A DNA stretch of 64,000 bases from Octopus sinensis (Eukaryota). The notes below the pieces were generated by a model that worked only from the letters and a program-made list of their open reading frames with translations, did no database searches and was not told where the DNA came from. Both the position numbers and the translations under genes were made by a program. Position 1 is the first letter of the stretch; every line of letters starts with the position of its first letter. The stretch is from assembly GCF_006345805.1 (NCBI RefSeq), contig NC_043011.1, positions 17,124,464-17,188,463 on the forward strand, in the 5' to 3' direction. Of the stretch, positions 35,990 to 50,444 are shown in pieces.

Positions 35990-36267
35990 GCTTGGATTTT
36001 ACCTTACCTTACATACATACATACATACATACATAAATACATACATACATACATACATACATACACACATACATACATGCATGCATACACACATACATGC
36101 ACACATACATACATACATACATACATACTTACATATATACATACATACTTACATACATACATGCATGCATACATGCATACATACATGCATACATACATAC
36201 ATACATGCATACATACGTACATACATACATACATGCTTGCATACATACATACATACATACATACATA
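35990..36267. repeat. (CATA)n tetranucleotide repeat
   Basis: Direct inspection. Confidence 0.95.
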
Positions 36268-37145
36268 TGAGGGTGTATCCAAAAGTAACCAGAAATGTTC
36301 TGTTTTGGACAAGCCAATTGTGGTTCAGGCTTCTTCCACTAGAAGTCACTTGATGCGATTCTCAGGCATCAGTCTGCCGACTAGTGCTGCCCAGTGGAGT
36401 CATACTACCTTGTGGTACACCTTTGTTTTGCAGTGCTTATCACCTGATTATCGATTCTTGTGATGTCTGAAATGAAGGAACATTACACTTCCATGAAATT
36501 ATGTTTTCTGCTAGGGAAATGGTGGCGAAAATTTTTCATGCTTCAAACAGCCTACAAGTCCTCTGCCATGAGTGGTTTTCGCACTTTCAGAATAGTCACT
36601 TGTCTCTTGGGGACCAGTCTCGTTCAAGGCAATTGTCGACCTCCTGAATAAATTAAAACATCATGAAAATTCATGATCTTGGAGGACCACCACTAAATAA
36701 TTGACAAACTTGTTGATATGACTGGTGTGTCCGGTAGCTTCTGCCAATGAATTATGAGTGATGAATTTTGAATGAAAAGAGTTGCAACAAAATTTGTGCT
36801 TCACTTGCTCATGGAACATCAAAAGTAGTCATAACTGTATGCGTGTTATGAACTGAAAGAACAATTGGAAGTTGACTGGGATCTTTTTTTGAAGGTCATC
36901 ACTGGTGATGAGAGATGGTGCAATGGAATTTTCAGATGTGGAAGAGGTGAAAAATATATCCATGAGGTGTTAAAAGGCATCACTTCACAAGTGTTTGAGT
37001 ATTGCATCTAACAGTGGAAAACACATCTGGATCACCGCATTGCTTCAAATGGAGAATATATTGAAGACGATGAAAGTATAAACATGTGAAACTAAGTGAA
37101 TAAAATAAAATTGCATAATTCCAGTTTCTTTTGGGTAGACCCTCA
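36268..37145 (+). mobile_element. Decayed mariner element
   Basis: TIRs TGAGGGTGTATCCAAAAG / CTTTTGGGTAGACCCTCA; TA TSD; remnant KRVATKFV.HLL and KVITGDERW. Confidence 0.8.
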
Positions 37146-37426
37146 TACATGCATATACATATATGAACATGTTCTCCAGAGTATGGAATATGTTAGACAA
37201 AAATTACTTTCAGAGAAGTATTTTCCAAATATGACCCCTGCATAAAGAATTGATGATTCCACACAAATCAAATAGTAACAAAAAATTAAAAATGTTTAGC
37301 TGAAAACCAAGGATAGAAATATTTGAGTAACATTAAATAGTACATCATTAAATAAAGAGACAACAGAAATGTCATCTTACAGAAAACCATAATGATATAT
37401 TTATAATGACAATGCTGGATCATTAA

Positions 37427-37647
37427 CCCTTTCATTACCAGCCCGGCTGAAACTGGCTCTGGCTCTGTGGTACAAATGTCTTGTTTTCATAAGTCCTGAA
37501 TTAAAATCTTCCACCAAACCTTAGTCACAATTTATCTTCCTAACACTAGCTGAATGATAACTAAATTATTTTACTAAATTCTTTGTTATATTTAAACTAA
37601 ATGAAAGAAATACAGAGCATCTCAACAGAAATACAGTAACGAAAGGG
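37427..37647. mobile_element. piggyBac-like MITE
   Basis: TTAA|CCCTTTCATTAC ... GTAACGAAAGGG|TTAA. Confidence 0.8.
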
Positions 37648-37844
37648 TTAAAGCATCAGACTAAATGCTTTGTGGTTGTTCTTTCAACTCTTTACATTTT
37701 GAAATCTTGCTTGGTCTTTCATCAGCTTTGGAGTTTGTATAAAGAACAACGTACCAGTGAAGTACAGGGATTGATGCAATCGACTAACTTCTCCCTCTAA
37801 AACTGCTGGTCTTGTGCCAAAAATTTAAAACTATTGAAACATAA

Positions 37845-38077
37845 AGGCAGCGAGTTGGCAGAAACGTTAGCACACCAGGTAAAAGGCTTAGCAGTATTTT
37901 GTCTGCCGTTGCGTTCTGAGTTCAAATTCTGCCAAGGTCAACTTTGCCTTTCATCCTTTCAAGGTCAATAAATTAAGTACCGGTTACACACTAGGGTCGA
38001 TGTAATCGACTTAATCCCTTTGTCTGTCCTTGTTTGTCCTTTCTATGTTTAGCCCCTTGTGGGCAATAAAGAAATAA
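37845..38077 (+). mobile_element. SINE family A
   Basis: Full-length copy. Confidence 0.85.
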
Positions 38078-40479
38078 AAAATTGAAACTATCCCTCTCCT
38101 CCCCTCTCCTCTCCTCTAATAACATCTTTTTTACAACAATGTCTGGAAGCATTACTCTTCAACTTTTACAAATAAGAACCAATAAGCAGTAGTACAGAGA
38201 TAACTATTCAAATTGAACATCATCCTATTAATATCTCCCAGTTTTCTTTTTCTTTTTAATTAGATTAATCTTGTGAAGAAGGGCAGTGCCCCTGACCCTA
38301 ACAGCAAACTTGATAATGCAAGGAAGATAGATGCTCTGTTTAGCCCTTTAGCATTCAAATTTCTCTGTCAAGTGCAATGTTTATTTATTCACCTTAATTT
38401 TAATTAGTCATGCTTTACCTTGTAGTATTGATATTTCAGTGACACGATTGTTTATTTGTAGAATAATATTGTAAGGTAAGTGTGAGAGGCCATGTCTCAC
38501 CAGTTCAAAGATAAAACATTTAGATTGTTTTGGCCAGATTATTTTGGCTGATACAAAGTTAAACGTCACCAGTTCAATATCTGCAAGTAAAACAGGGGTG
38601 GTAAGGGATGTTCTGGAAGGTCAAGGTTGCAGTTCTCAGAAGAAAGGCTGAGTCAAAATGCTTCATGTACAGTCTGAGATGTGACAACTGTAAATGTGAC
38701 AAGATCTGGTGAAACCAGTGAGTCTGGTGATTTGGGTGGATAGAGGTTGTAGCCCGAGAGTTCAGAATAGAAGTTGTTTCAGGAATGTCTATATGAAGAA
38801 TATTTCTCCTTGCTTCAGTTTTGAAAAAAATGTTTTAAAGTGATGAATATAGAGAATAACAAACCAAATCCTATGGTATTTGAAGGCAGTCACATTAGGT
38901 ACTATTTTAATGTCGTTGCCTTCAAATGTACCATTTGTCTTCTAGTCATTATTATTGTAGTCATATCTTATATGCAGCTAATTGATAGAGTTGTTAGAAT
39001 ATTGGACAGAATACCTTACAGTTTCCTTTCTGGCTTGATGCCCTCTGAATTCAAACCATGTCAAGAGAAACTTTACTTTTTGTCTTTTCAATGTGGATAA
39101 ATAAAGTACTGTGCCCATACTGGGGGTCGATTGTTGTCTTATTTCCTGAAAGAAATTGGTTGTGACCAGTTCTGTAGATGCTTGGGAACCATCTAGTTTT
39201 GAGGCTCAACATAAAACATATGTCATTACTATTATCAACAGCTTCATCAAGATTTGAGGGATCAAGGTGAGGCAAGTCGTAATAAGGATTTCTTACAGAG
39301 GAACTTGGTCTTAAATTTGACTAATGAAAGTAGTTGATGATAAGTTTAGTAATTGATTGGACCTTAAAGGATGAAAGCAAAGTTGACCCTAGAACGATTT
39401 GAAACACATTTAATACTGAAAGCTTGACAATAATAATGTTTCATTAAAATTTCAAATATTCTCTGCTTATAGTTTTGTATATTTTTCTCCATATATTAAT
39501 TAGTAAACAAAATATCTAAACAGTAATTCATACTTTTCTAAGATAGTTCTGTTTTCTTCATTTACAATAAGCTCAAAACAAAGAAACCACAGCAGTCACC
39601 AAAATAGAAGCAACAGCAGCTATAGTAGTAGCAGTAGCAGCCTAAACCTTAAGCAAACTTTCTTCCAAGTTCAAATTCTTATCAATAAGTTCAAATTCTT
39701 AACAAAGATATCAGCCAAAGTAGGCAAATGAAATATTTGTTTCATGTAAAAAACCAATAACATTATTATTATCATCATCATCATTATTATTATTATTATT
39801 ATTGTTATTATTATTATTATTATTATTAATTATAATAATAAAAATTATCATTTTATTGTTACTGATATCTTCTGTGTTTTTATTTTATTTTGTAATTTTT
39901 GTTAGTTTTTTATTTTTCAATAATCCTTTTTGACTGCACTGACTGAAATATTTTGAAAAGTTTCAACCTTGTTTACTTTCTATAGCAGTGTATATATACA
40001 CGGCAGCAATATTATAAATTTTACATACTTTAATGTACACAGAAAAACACAATCTACTTAGAAAAGTTTCTCTCTGTTTTCATATCCGTTTATATTTAAC
40101 TTTATGAACAGTAAGTATCAAAAAGCAGTGTTGGTGATCTTTTTTTACTTACATAAACTACAACGTATCCCTTTTGATCAAAGAGGATAGACATATCTTC
40201 CAAAGGAATCAATCAAACGACTGTCAAAATTGGTTTCTTTTTCTTGAGATTATCTAATAGTTTGAAAAAAAAAATGAAGTAGTAATAATAATAATTATAA
40301 TAATAATACTAATAATAATAAAAGTCATATAATTTGAAAAATTTTCCACAGAAAAAATCTTAGTATTGTATTTAAGCTATAAGTTTAATTTGTCTTTTGT
40401 CTTTTCATTTATCGTAGTTGCTCCTATCACTGTCATTATATATTATTGTATATTTATACATACTTACATACATACATAC

Positions 40480-41030
<551 letters not shown>

Positions 41031-41439
41031 ATCGCATTATTATCATTGATGTTCTTATTATTATTAAAATCTCAGTCGTTTGAAAACTATTTGTTCAAAG
41101 TATAAGATGAAATAAACAAACCAACGGTAATATCAAAAAGGAAAAGCGAAAAACGAAATAAAAATATGCAAATGAAAAGGCAAGAACATACATCAATACA
41201 ATTGTCATATAATCTACAGAAAAAATATAAAGATTAGCAATAAATATAAATGAACTAAGAGAAAAACAATTTATGCTGCTAAATGTTTGAATTCCTACAT
41301 AGAATATAATAAGGGAAATATAGAGGCAGCAAACAACACACACAAGAAAAAGAAAAAAAAACATAAGAAAAATGACTATCATAACAATAACAAAGGAAAA
41401 TAAGTAAAAACTCACAGAATAAAAATTTATGAAATATAC

Positions 41440-41492
<53 letters not shown>

Positions 41493-41559
41493 CATACATA
41501 CATACATACAAGGACAGACACACACATGTACATAATACATATATATATATGTATGTTTG

Positions 41560-41592
<33 letters not shown>

Positions 41593-43105
41593 TTATATAT
41601 GTGTGTATATATATATGTATATATACACACAAACGCATACACATATGCTTTTATATATTGAAGGATATTCATATGACTAAGTCTACATATATTCAGATGA
41701 AAGTTTAGAACTCTGTGTGTGTGTGTGTGTGTGCATGAATGTGTTCGTGTGTATGTATATGTGTATACTACATGTGTATGTATCTCTGCATGTATATGTA
41801 TGTAAGTGTACGTCAGCATAAATATATACATATAATTATTTTCTGAAACCTCTTCAAAATGTTAGCTTGCCATTTTTTGTTCTTTCATTGTCATTCTCTT
41901 AACAATTCTGCTATTATTTCCTATATTCTGTATTTATTGCCAACAATTTGTTAAGTTGCATCAGGAACAAATCTTGATAGAATACAGTCGAAGAATTCAT
42001 ATTTAATATATTATTATTTCATAAGTAGTCATGAACCCAATGATAGGTACAAGGCCAAACATTTTGAGAGAGGTTATCAACTGAATATATCAAGCCTTGA
42101 TTGATATTCATTTCAAAAGACAATGAGTGCATCCTCTATGGACAATGTGCAATCAGTGGGTCTTTCTGAATTGCATATTTAATGAAAAGTTACCTTCAAT
42201 TCATTAGTAATGCAACCTACGAAAGGATGAATCATGTCTCATGTGGCCTGCTTCACGGAAAAGACTGCCCATGCATGCTTTATGGGGTCACTTGATCTCC
42301 TAGTAATAGCAGCATAATCTTGCTTAATCCACAACTTAGTGTGTTAGAAGGAAAAAGATAGGATAATCGTCATTATTATCAGGCTCATCGTCATCATTTA
42401 ACTTCCATTGTTCATGCTGGGATGGATTTGATAGCTTAACAGAAGCTGATGAACTACAGGAATGCATCAATATCGAAGGTCAGCTGGCATGGTTTCTATG
42501 GCTGGATGCCCTTCCTAATGCCAACCACTTAATTGGGTGTACTGGGTTGCTGTCTTTTTTTTTGTGACACCAGCAGCAATGAGGTCACCAAATAACTTGC
42601 AAGACAAAGGTAAAGAAAAAGCACCCCTAAGTTGGAGTATTTGAGGGTGTTTGGCTTTATACTTGGTGTTGATAGGCAAAGCTATGAGAGACAAGCACAG
42701 GTGTCATGTTATAAAGGAAATAAATATGTTGGCGATAAGCTACCAGATCATATTCTCAAGGTACAAGAACATACGTATGAGAAAATATGGACAGAACACT
42801 TGAGGATGGGAGAGTGGGTAAGTTCATAAGAGTATAAGAAGAGAGTTACAGATGGTTAGAGATAGAGGAAAGGGTGAATGTAGTGAACGATAAGCAAGGG
42901 TAAAGGTGTGATTGATGATAAATATCAATATAGAGGGAGAGAGGTAAAAGAGAAAGAATTTGCTCAGGAAGGCAGAGGTGAGAAGCAGCAATGCATGAAG
43001 GGTGGAATGCATCAATATTATAAACCTATTTATAGATCAGAAAGTTGGGAGATGATGTGAGAGTGGGAGGAGAAAGATGTACAATGATAGTGAATGGTTG
43101 CTATC

Positions 43106-43432
43106 ATCATCATCATTGTTCGACCATGGTCGAGACAATGGAATTTACTAAGTTACACCAGACTTCTGCTGTTGCTAGATCCATGTATCTCTGGAGATTA
43201 CATCAGGGTAGGAGAGTGTGTGCCCTCTGGTATCACGAGCAGATGGCTTCCAGAGGGGAAGAGTAGAAATTACCTCGTTTTCAGCTCTACAACAGCTCTA
43301 CAACAATGTCCAGCAAACTGGACTCTTCTACCTTTCACAAGAGATGATACAGGTGGTAGTTTCCCATATATTTGTACTTTGGTTGGATGACGCTTCCATG
43401 AGAGATTTTGAGCTCTCATAAGGAGCTATACT
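43106..43432 (-). mobile_element. 3' end of the same RTE-like LINE as 3033-3512
   Basis: Reverse complement aligns with 3180-3505, including the TCGACCA.GGTC.AACAATGATGA terminus. Confidence 0.85.
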
Positions 43433-43539
43433 GAATGGAGAGCATCAATGATGAATATGAAGGGCATTGAGAATGATTGCAGATGTAAGAGATGTTAAAG
43501 ATGTGAGGGTAAACATTGTGAGTGCACTATGTTCCATGA

Positions 43540-45130
43540 CTTCTTGGGACCTTCCTCTTTGACAAGTTCCATCCACTTCAAGCAACTGGTATGTTTTGTA
43601 CAGCTGTTCTCATGCAAATACATCACATGACCAAACAATCATAGTCTTCTGTCTGGGGTACTACATCTGATTCTGTTTATCCCTAATTTTTCTTTCAGAA
43701 CATTCGCCTTTTGCTGTACATGCATACTGACATTGCACATCCAATGAAGCATACTAACTTCATTCCTTTCTAATATTTGCTGGACTTCAGCATGTAGGGC
43801 TTATATCTTGCAACCATGTAGCATTACAATTTTGTATAATCTATTTTCACTCTGAGAGAGAGAGAGCAAGAGAGAGCTTTTGTTGCCAACAACTCATAAA
43901 TTTCATGAACTGATCCATCAGTTTTATAGCTTTGTAATCACTTCTATCCAAGGCATCTCCTTTAACCTTGTAGCTGTTGACTATAAAACTGCTACACCAG
44001 CCACTGGGTATAATCTGAATCACTATACAGTTATCTAGGCTGTTTACTACTCTGCTAGATATTTTTAAAATCTCAGAAGTGATTCTTGATTGGCTAGAGA
44101 CTTACCCTGCTTTCATATCCTTAATTACCTTAGCTATCATACTGCTGTCAACTAAGATAGTTAGTTCCTGTGTTGGGTCCTGGTTGGGGAGATCCTCTTT
44201 CTTTCAAGCATTCTCCATGTTTAATAATCTTTCAGAATAGCACTCCTGCACCCCTTTCTTTTCAGAATTACTAAATGAAAGTGTAACATTATTCATTTGT
44301 GCTCACTTCTTACCCATAACATCTCAAATCTCTCTGATACACTCTCATGCAATCCTCAACCTTCTGAACCTCATGCTATAGAACATTAGCAAATCTATTT
44401 TCTGCTTCTCCTATTACTATGTAAAACTGTCCCCTCACATCTTTTCTGGTCATCTGATATAATTCTCTTCTGCTTCCATTTTTCCAGTCTTTGTCATCTT
44501 GTTTATTTCTTTAGATGGCTCAGTCCACATATTGTCTAATCCCCACATCACCATCAGTCTGGCTGCAATTTTGCACCAGCCGCAGATATGCTTTGTAGCT
44601 CTCAGTAGGTTGTTCTGTAGGAACCGCCAATTGTCTTCTATGCTATATACTGCTATATATACGGCAGCGAGCTGGCAGAACCGTTAGCATGGTGGGCGAA
44701 ATGCATAGCTGTATTTCGTCTGCTGTTACGTTCTGAGTTCAAATTTCGCTGAGGTCGACTTTGCCTTTCATCCTTTCGGGGTTGATAAATTAAGTACCAG
44801 TTACGCATTGGGGTTGATGTAATTGACTTAATCCGTTTGTCTTTCCTTGTTTGTCCCCTCTATGTTTAGACCCTTGCGGATAATAAAGAAACAGCTATAT
44901 ACTGCTATATACCCTATTTTCTCAAATGCTTCAACAAGAATTTCTCAAAATTTCTGATTGTTTGCTGAATCTATAAGCTTTCATATATTCCTTTTCTAGA
45001 CTCATTTGTTTCTTTGAATCTTTCTAACAATAATTTTGAAGTTATTACCACTAGCCTTCGCTGGGTTGTACATTCTTAGCCAGGTAAACACTTTGCCTTT
45101 ATGAGCATCTGTCTATCCCATTTTCTGGTG
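43540..45130 (-). mobile_element. Decayed RTE-clade LINE (EN-RT linker and RT start), with a SINE A insertion at 44664-44893
   Basis: IPSGWCSSFIVNSYKVKGDALDRSDYK.IKL (RT domain 0/1) and WW...D.AIKE-type linker motifs. Confidence 0.6.
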
Positions 45131-45913
45131 AGAATGTAAACACTTTGGCTAGTGTGCTCACTAGATTGACAGGTGTGAATTACAGATTAAATGCTTGCAG
45201 CTGATGATGAAAAAGAATGTAGAAATGCATGCATTCTCTGATCCAATGACTAATTCATAGCCCAATGTGTTTTCACACATGTTGTCCAGGAGGAGAATGT
45301 TCTCCTAGGATATTTCCTTAGTGGAAGGTGTTCCTTTGTTGAAGTGTACAGTGCACATTATATATGACTTTATATACACACACACACACACAACCCTTTT
45401 GTCAAACTAAACTTAGACTGAAAATTGATGAAGATAATTTTATTGATCTACTGCTTCTTTAAATATCTATTGTAATTGCTCACTTGCTTCCCGCCCCCCC
45501 ACCTCTTGTTTTCTTTCAACCCAATCTTTTGGCCAGTATCACAATTCTATCAATATCATTTAAAATATATAAGTTATTTTTGAGTACGTTTTTCATTTTT
45601 GTTCGGTTGGCAGTAAAGACTTTTAAATATAGAAATATTCGAAGCTTTGAACAATTTTCATAATTTTGTGAGAGATAGATGTGTTCACTTTGGTAATTTG
45701 AGAGAATTACCATTCACTCTCGACTCCATTAAAAATTCTATGATGTACCACCAGCTGACAAGTTTTATTATAAAAGCTCACCTGCAAATATGTGTAGGTG
45801 TTACTGGAATATGTTTTATGTTGCATGCAATATTTATGAAGGTAACTCTATGTATGTTTATATATGTATGTGTGTGTGTGTGTGTGTGCGTGTGTTTATA
45901 TATGTAGGTGCAG

Positions 45914-46131
45914 GCGGCGAGCTGGCAAAAACATTAGCACAATGGGCGAAATGGTTTGTGGCATTTCATCTGCCGCTACATTCTGAGTCGCCATGGTCGA
46001 CTTTGCCTTTCATCCTTTCGGGGTTGATAAATTAAGTACCAGTTACGCATTGGGGTTGATGTAATCGACTTAATCCGTTTGTCTGTCCTTGTTTGTCTTC
46101 TCTGTGTTTAGCCCCTTCTGAGTAGAAAAGA
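45914..46131 (+). mobile_element. SINE family A
   Basis: Near full-length copy. Confidence 0.85.
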
Positions 46132-46245
46132 AATATATATGTAGGTACAGGCATGGCTGTGTGGTTAAAAAGTTTGCTGGAACATTCGACGAGTATTTTC
46201 CATTATAGTCCTGAGCGAATTTGCCAGATGGAAACTGAAAAAAAC

Positions 46246-46286
<41 letters not shown>

Positions 46287-46809
46287 TAAACCCTCCTTCT
46301 TCCCTTCCTGAGCATCCAATAATACTTTATTTGTTCCACGTCCTCGCATTGCTGTGTTTTTTTGTTTTTTTGTTTTTCTTGTTTGGATTAACTATATATA
46401 TATATATAATATATATATATATACATATAATAAGGATAAGATTGTTAGTTTCGTCACTATATTTACTGCGGTGATATTTTACCATGTAGCACATGGAATT
46501 AGCAGGCATTTTGAACTAGCCTTGATGCATACATGCATATATATGTATGCATACGTTCATATATGTAAGTATTCGTATGTTGTATTTACATATATATGTA
46601 TCTATGTTTCTTTCTGAGTATATTCTGCTGACGAGGCAAAGCATTTCTAAATGCAAATCCAGGATCTAAAATTATCTAGTAATTTTTTACTAGTTTTATC
46701 TTGTCTCTTTGTCTTTTCTCCATATTGCTATATGAAAACTTAAGGTGGTTTTAGAGTCGGTTCATGGCTGCTATTCTCAGCATGGTGATATCTCGTAGAT
46801 ACCCTAATT

Positions 46810-46873
<64 letters not shown>

Positions 46874-46877
46874 ACAT

Positions 46878-46918
<41 letters not shown>

Positions 46919-46920
46919 TA

Positions 46921-47735
46921 CTAGCAGAATTGCCCGGCGTTGCTCGGGGCTGAATTGCTTGAAAGTACTGTTAATGATTGCACTGAATTATGATGATTAT
47001 TCAGGCAAATATTGATATAAGTTTACGGTGGGAGATAAGGACTTAACGATCAAACGTGTGCCATTGCATTGTTTTGGGGGAACCAAATTTCTGATGAGCA
47101 ATATAGGGGCACCAACTTTAAGTTTGAGAAAGTGTGGTGGTAGTCCGGGGTGCTCAAAGGAATTGAGTACCTCTATTGGATAGTTGATGACGTCCTCTGG
47201 GTCAGGAGTTGTATCGATAGACTGATATACTAGACTTCCCCAGGATGAGTTTTAGCATTTCATCATTAATATGGTGAACACTTTTATTCCTCGGGGCCAG
47301 TATAGCCTTTTTGCCAATCCAATCCATATTCTGATAATTAACTTGTAGATCTGGGAACACTGCATCTCTGAGATCAGGAGGCGTCTTAACAATGGTACAA
47401 ATGGAATCGATGGCAATATTACCATTTTCATCCCCTGGTATTTTGCCTTCGCCAAGTGCAAGGAGGGTGTGAGGAAATGCTGCTGATGTGATATTACGTC
47501 GCATATGAGCACGCATATTGGTGTGAAGTTTGAGAGTTACTTCCCTTTATTAAAAAAAATATGCATTAAAATGGAAAAAAATGATGGTAAATTATTTGTA
47601 AAATCATAGACTCATCGTAGACGCGCGCTAATACCCAGAAGGGCTCGATATGAATCACGACTATAAGATACCCGGTTTTTAGACAGACACACAGAGACAA
47701 AGGGAGGCAGATAAAATCTGCCTTTTATAATAAGA
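46921..47735 (-). mobile_element. Complete non-autonomous Helitron carrying a PIF1-like helicase fragment
   Basis: 5' TC, 3' hairpin CCCGAGCAACGCCGGG plus CTAG, inserted at an A|T site; ORF 47202-47516 (LL.LGEG...VFP...W..K.AILAPRN..V..IN). Confidence 0.9.
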
Positions 47736-47759
47736 TATATATATATATATATATATATA

Positions 47760-47922
47760 TCTTATTATAAAAGGCAGATTTTATCTGCCTCCCTTTGTCT
47801 CTTATAGAAATCTACAATATAGGATTTCTTCAATTACAATTTACCTAGCATTTTTAAGAGTAGAATAAATCGGGTCGTGCCAGGTCCAGTTTTTAAAATT
47901 TCAACGCCAATTAAGCAAAATT

Positions 47923-47924
<2 letters not shown>
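47760..47924 (+). mobile_element. Helitron 5' head fragment, head-to-head with 46921-47735
   Basis: Same TCTTATTATAAAAGGCAGATTTTATCTGCCTCCC start; homologous to 49695-49860 on the minus strand. Confidence 0.75.
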
Positions 47925-47953
<29 letters not shown>

Positions 47954-48018
47954 GTACACACATATATATATATATATGTATATATATATGTACACACACA
48001 CACATATACATCCATATG

Positions 48019-48049
<31 letters not shown>

Positions 48050-48513
48050 GTATACATGTATGTGTGAGTATGCTTATGTATGTATATTTGTTTGTCCTTC
48101 GTCCCCTCTTGGCAACAAGTGTTGGTTAGTTTACATCCTTGTAACTTAGCAGTTTAGCAAAAGGAATGGATAGAATAAGTACCAGACTTAAGAGTTACTT
48201 TACTAGAGTGGATTTGTTCAAGGTGGTGTCCCAGAATGGCCTCAGTCCAATGACTGAAAGAAATAAGGGATAAAGAGCAAAAATATGTGTGTGTGTGTGT
48301 ATGTTTGTGTTTGTGTATGAGTGCATTATGGATGATATATATATATATATACAAGTAGTATCGAAATTTTTTGTCAAACACTATACATCATATGTACCAG
48401 GAATAGGCATCTCCAAGTTACTTGGCCAAGGTATTTTACAGAAGACATTCAGCTGCCCATGTGTGTGAGACTCATGAATGTGTGTGTGTATTTATATATA
48501 TATGTTTATATAT

Positions 48514-48752
48514 AACGTAAGGTGTACTAGCCATCTGAATGTGGCTAGCCACTGGGGGTGGGGTGTTACTGATGCTTTTAGCCCAAGGCGATCAACGTCA
48601 CCAGATGGACTTTAGACACTATCTCGGTGCCCCATCAGTAACACCCCACTCCCAGTGGCTAGCCACATTCAGATGGCTAGTACACCTTACGTTGTCGAGC
48701 GGTTACTGTTTATATCTCGTTCAGAGATTTATTATTGCTTTCAGACAGTAGT
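48514..48752. mobile_element. Truncated duplicate of the 50445-51022 element
   Basis: Same 180-bp palindrome-with-loop; lacks the HHR segment. Confidence 0.75.
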
Positions 48753-48820
48753 TATATATGGGAGTAGTTAGGAATCTAAATCGGAGTAGACAGACACACA
48801 GCCTTTCTTTTATATATAAA

Positions 48821-49335
48821 TATTTTCGTCCTAAAAAACTTTGTATGGATTGAATGGTTACCTCTATGGAAATATATACACGCACATTATACATACATGT
48901 GTGTATAGATGAATATATAAATACATTTAAATATCTATATACACTTTTGGGCGATCTTTCTGTTTCTTAGAGATAACTTTAGATCTTATTTTCGTCCTAA
49001 AAAACTTTGTATTGGAGTGAATGGTTACCTCTATGGAATATATACACACACGTTATACATACATGTGTGCATAGATGAATATATAAATACATTTATATAT
49101 CTATATACACTTTTGGGCGATCTTTGTGCTACTTAGAGATAACTTTAGATCTTATTTTCGTCCTAAAAAACTTTGTGCGGAGTGAATGGTTACGTCTATG
49201 GAAATATACACACACACATTATACATACATCTGTGTATAGATGAATATATAAATACATTTAAATATCTATATACACTTTTGGGCGATCTTTCTGCTACTT
49301 GGATATACGTTAGGTCTTATATTCGTCATAAAAAA
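48821..49335. repeat. 166-bp tandem repeat, ~3.1 copies
   Basis: TATTTTCGTCCTAAAAAAC recurs at 48821, 48987, 49153 and ~49319. Confidence 0.9.
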
Positions 49336-49479
49336 CTTTCCTGTCACACACTCACACACACGAACACACACACACACACGCACCCTTACACACACACACA
49401 CGCACACACACACACGCACACACACACACACACGTTAGCTTACAATTTTATTTATATATTTGCGTGTCTATGTGTGTAA

Positions 49480-49859
49480 AGAGGAAGTGGGAATGCAGAG
49501 TGAAAGAGTCACTCACTACAAAAAGTGAATTGCTTTCACTTTAATCGTTGCACACTTGCAAAGAGAAAGGAGGAGAAATTAGGGTGATAGCATCAGTGAA
49601 ACAGTTCGCTCCGTTTGTGTGTGTGTGCGTGTGTGTGTGCTGTAGCCCACACTAAGAAAAGCACTTGACTAACACACCACAATGTGAGTTTTCTCTAAAT
49701 TTTGCTTAATTGGGGTTGAAATTTTAAAAACTGGACTTGGCACGACCCGATTTATTCTACTCTTAAAAATGCTAGGTAAATTGTAATTGAAGAAATCCTA
49801 TATTGTAGATTTCTATAAGAGACAAAGGGAGGCAGATAAAATGTGCCTTGTATAATAAG

Positions 49860-49860
<1 letters not shown>
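49480..49860 (-). mobile_element. Helitron-like element 5' portion
   Basis: Starts TCTTATTATACAAGGCACATTTTATCTGCCTCCC at 49860; no 3' CTAG terminus found. Confidence 0.65.
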
Positions 49861-49912
<52 letters not shown>

Positions 49913-50444
49913 GTACACACACACACACATATACATCCATATGTATATACATATATATATATATATATATATGTATATGTATACATGTATGTGTGAGTAT
50001 GCTTATGTATGTATATTTGTTTGTCCTTCGTCCCCTCTTGGCAACAAGTGTTGGTTAGTTTACATCCTTGTAACTTAGCAGTTTAGCAAAAGGAATGGAT
50101 AGAATAAGTACCAGACTTAAGAGTTACTTTACTAGAGTGGATTTGTTCAAGGTGGTGTCCCAGAATGGCCTCAGTCCAATGACTGAAAGAAATAAGGGAT
50201 AAAGAGCAAAAATATGTGTGTGTGTGTGTATGTTTGTGTTTGTGTATGAGTGCATTATGGATGATATATATATATATATATACAAGTAGTATTGAAATTT
50301 TTTGTCAAACACTATACATCATATGTACCAGGAATAGGCATCTCCAAGTTACTTGGCCATGGTATTTTACAGAAGACATTCAGCTGCCCATGTGTGTGAG
50401 ACTCATGTATGTGTGTGTGTATTTATATATATATGTTTATATAT

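Noticed and set aside
45195-45240. CTGATGA...GAAATGCATGCATT hammerhead-like spacing
   Set aside because: Stems I and II do not pair convincingly; likely chance.
46625-46760. CTGACGAG with downstream GAAAACTTAAGGT
   Set aside because: No stem I partner and no NUH cleavage triplet.
48514-48693. Apparent MITE with 60-bp TIRs
   Set aside because: The 50820-51022 copy shows the loop followed by one arm within a tandem monomer, so the palindrome is an inversion junction, not TIRs.
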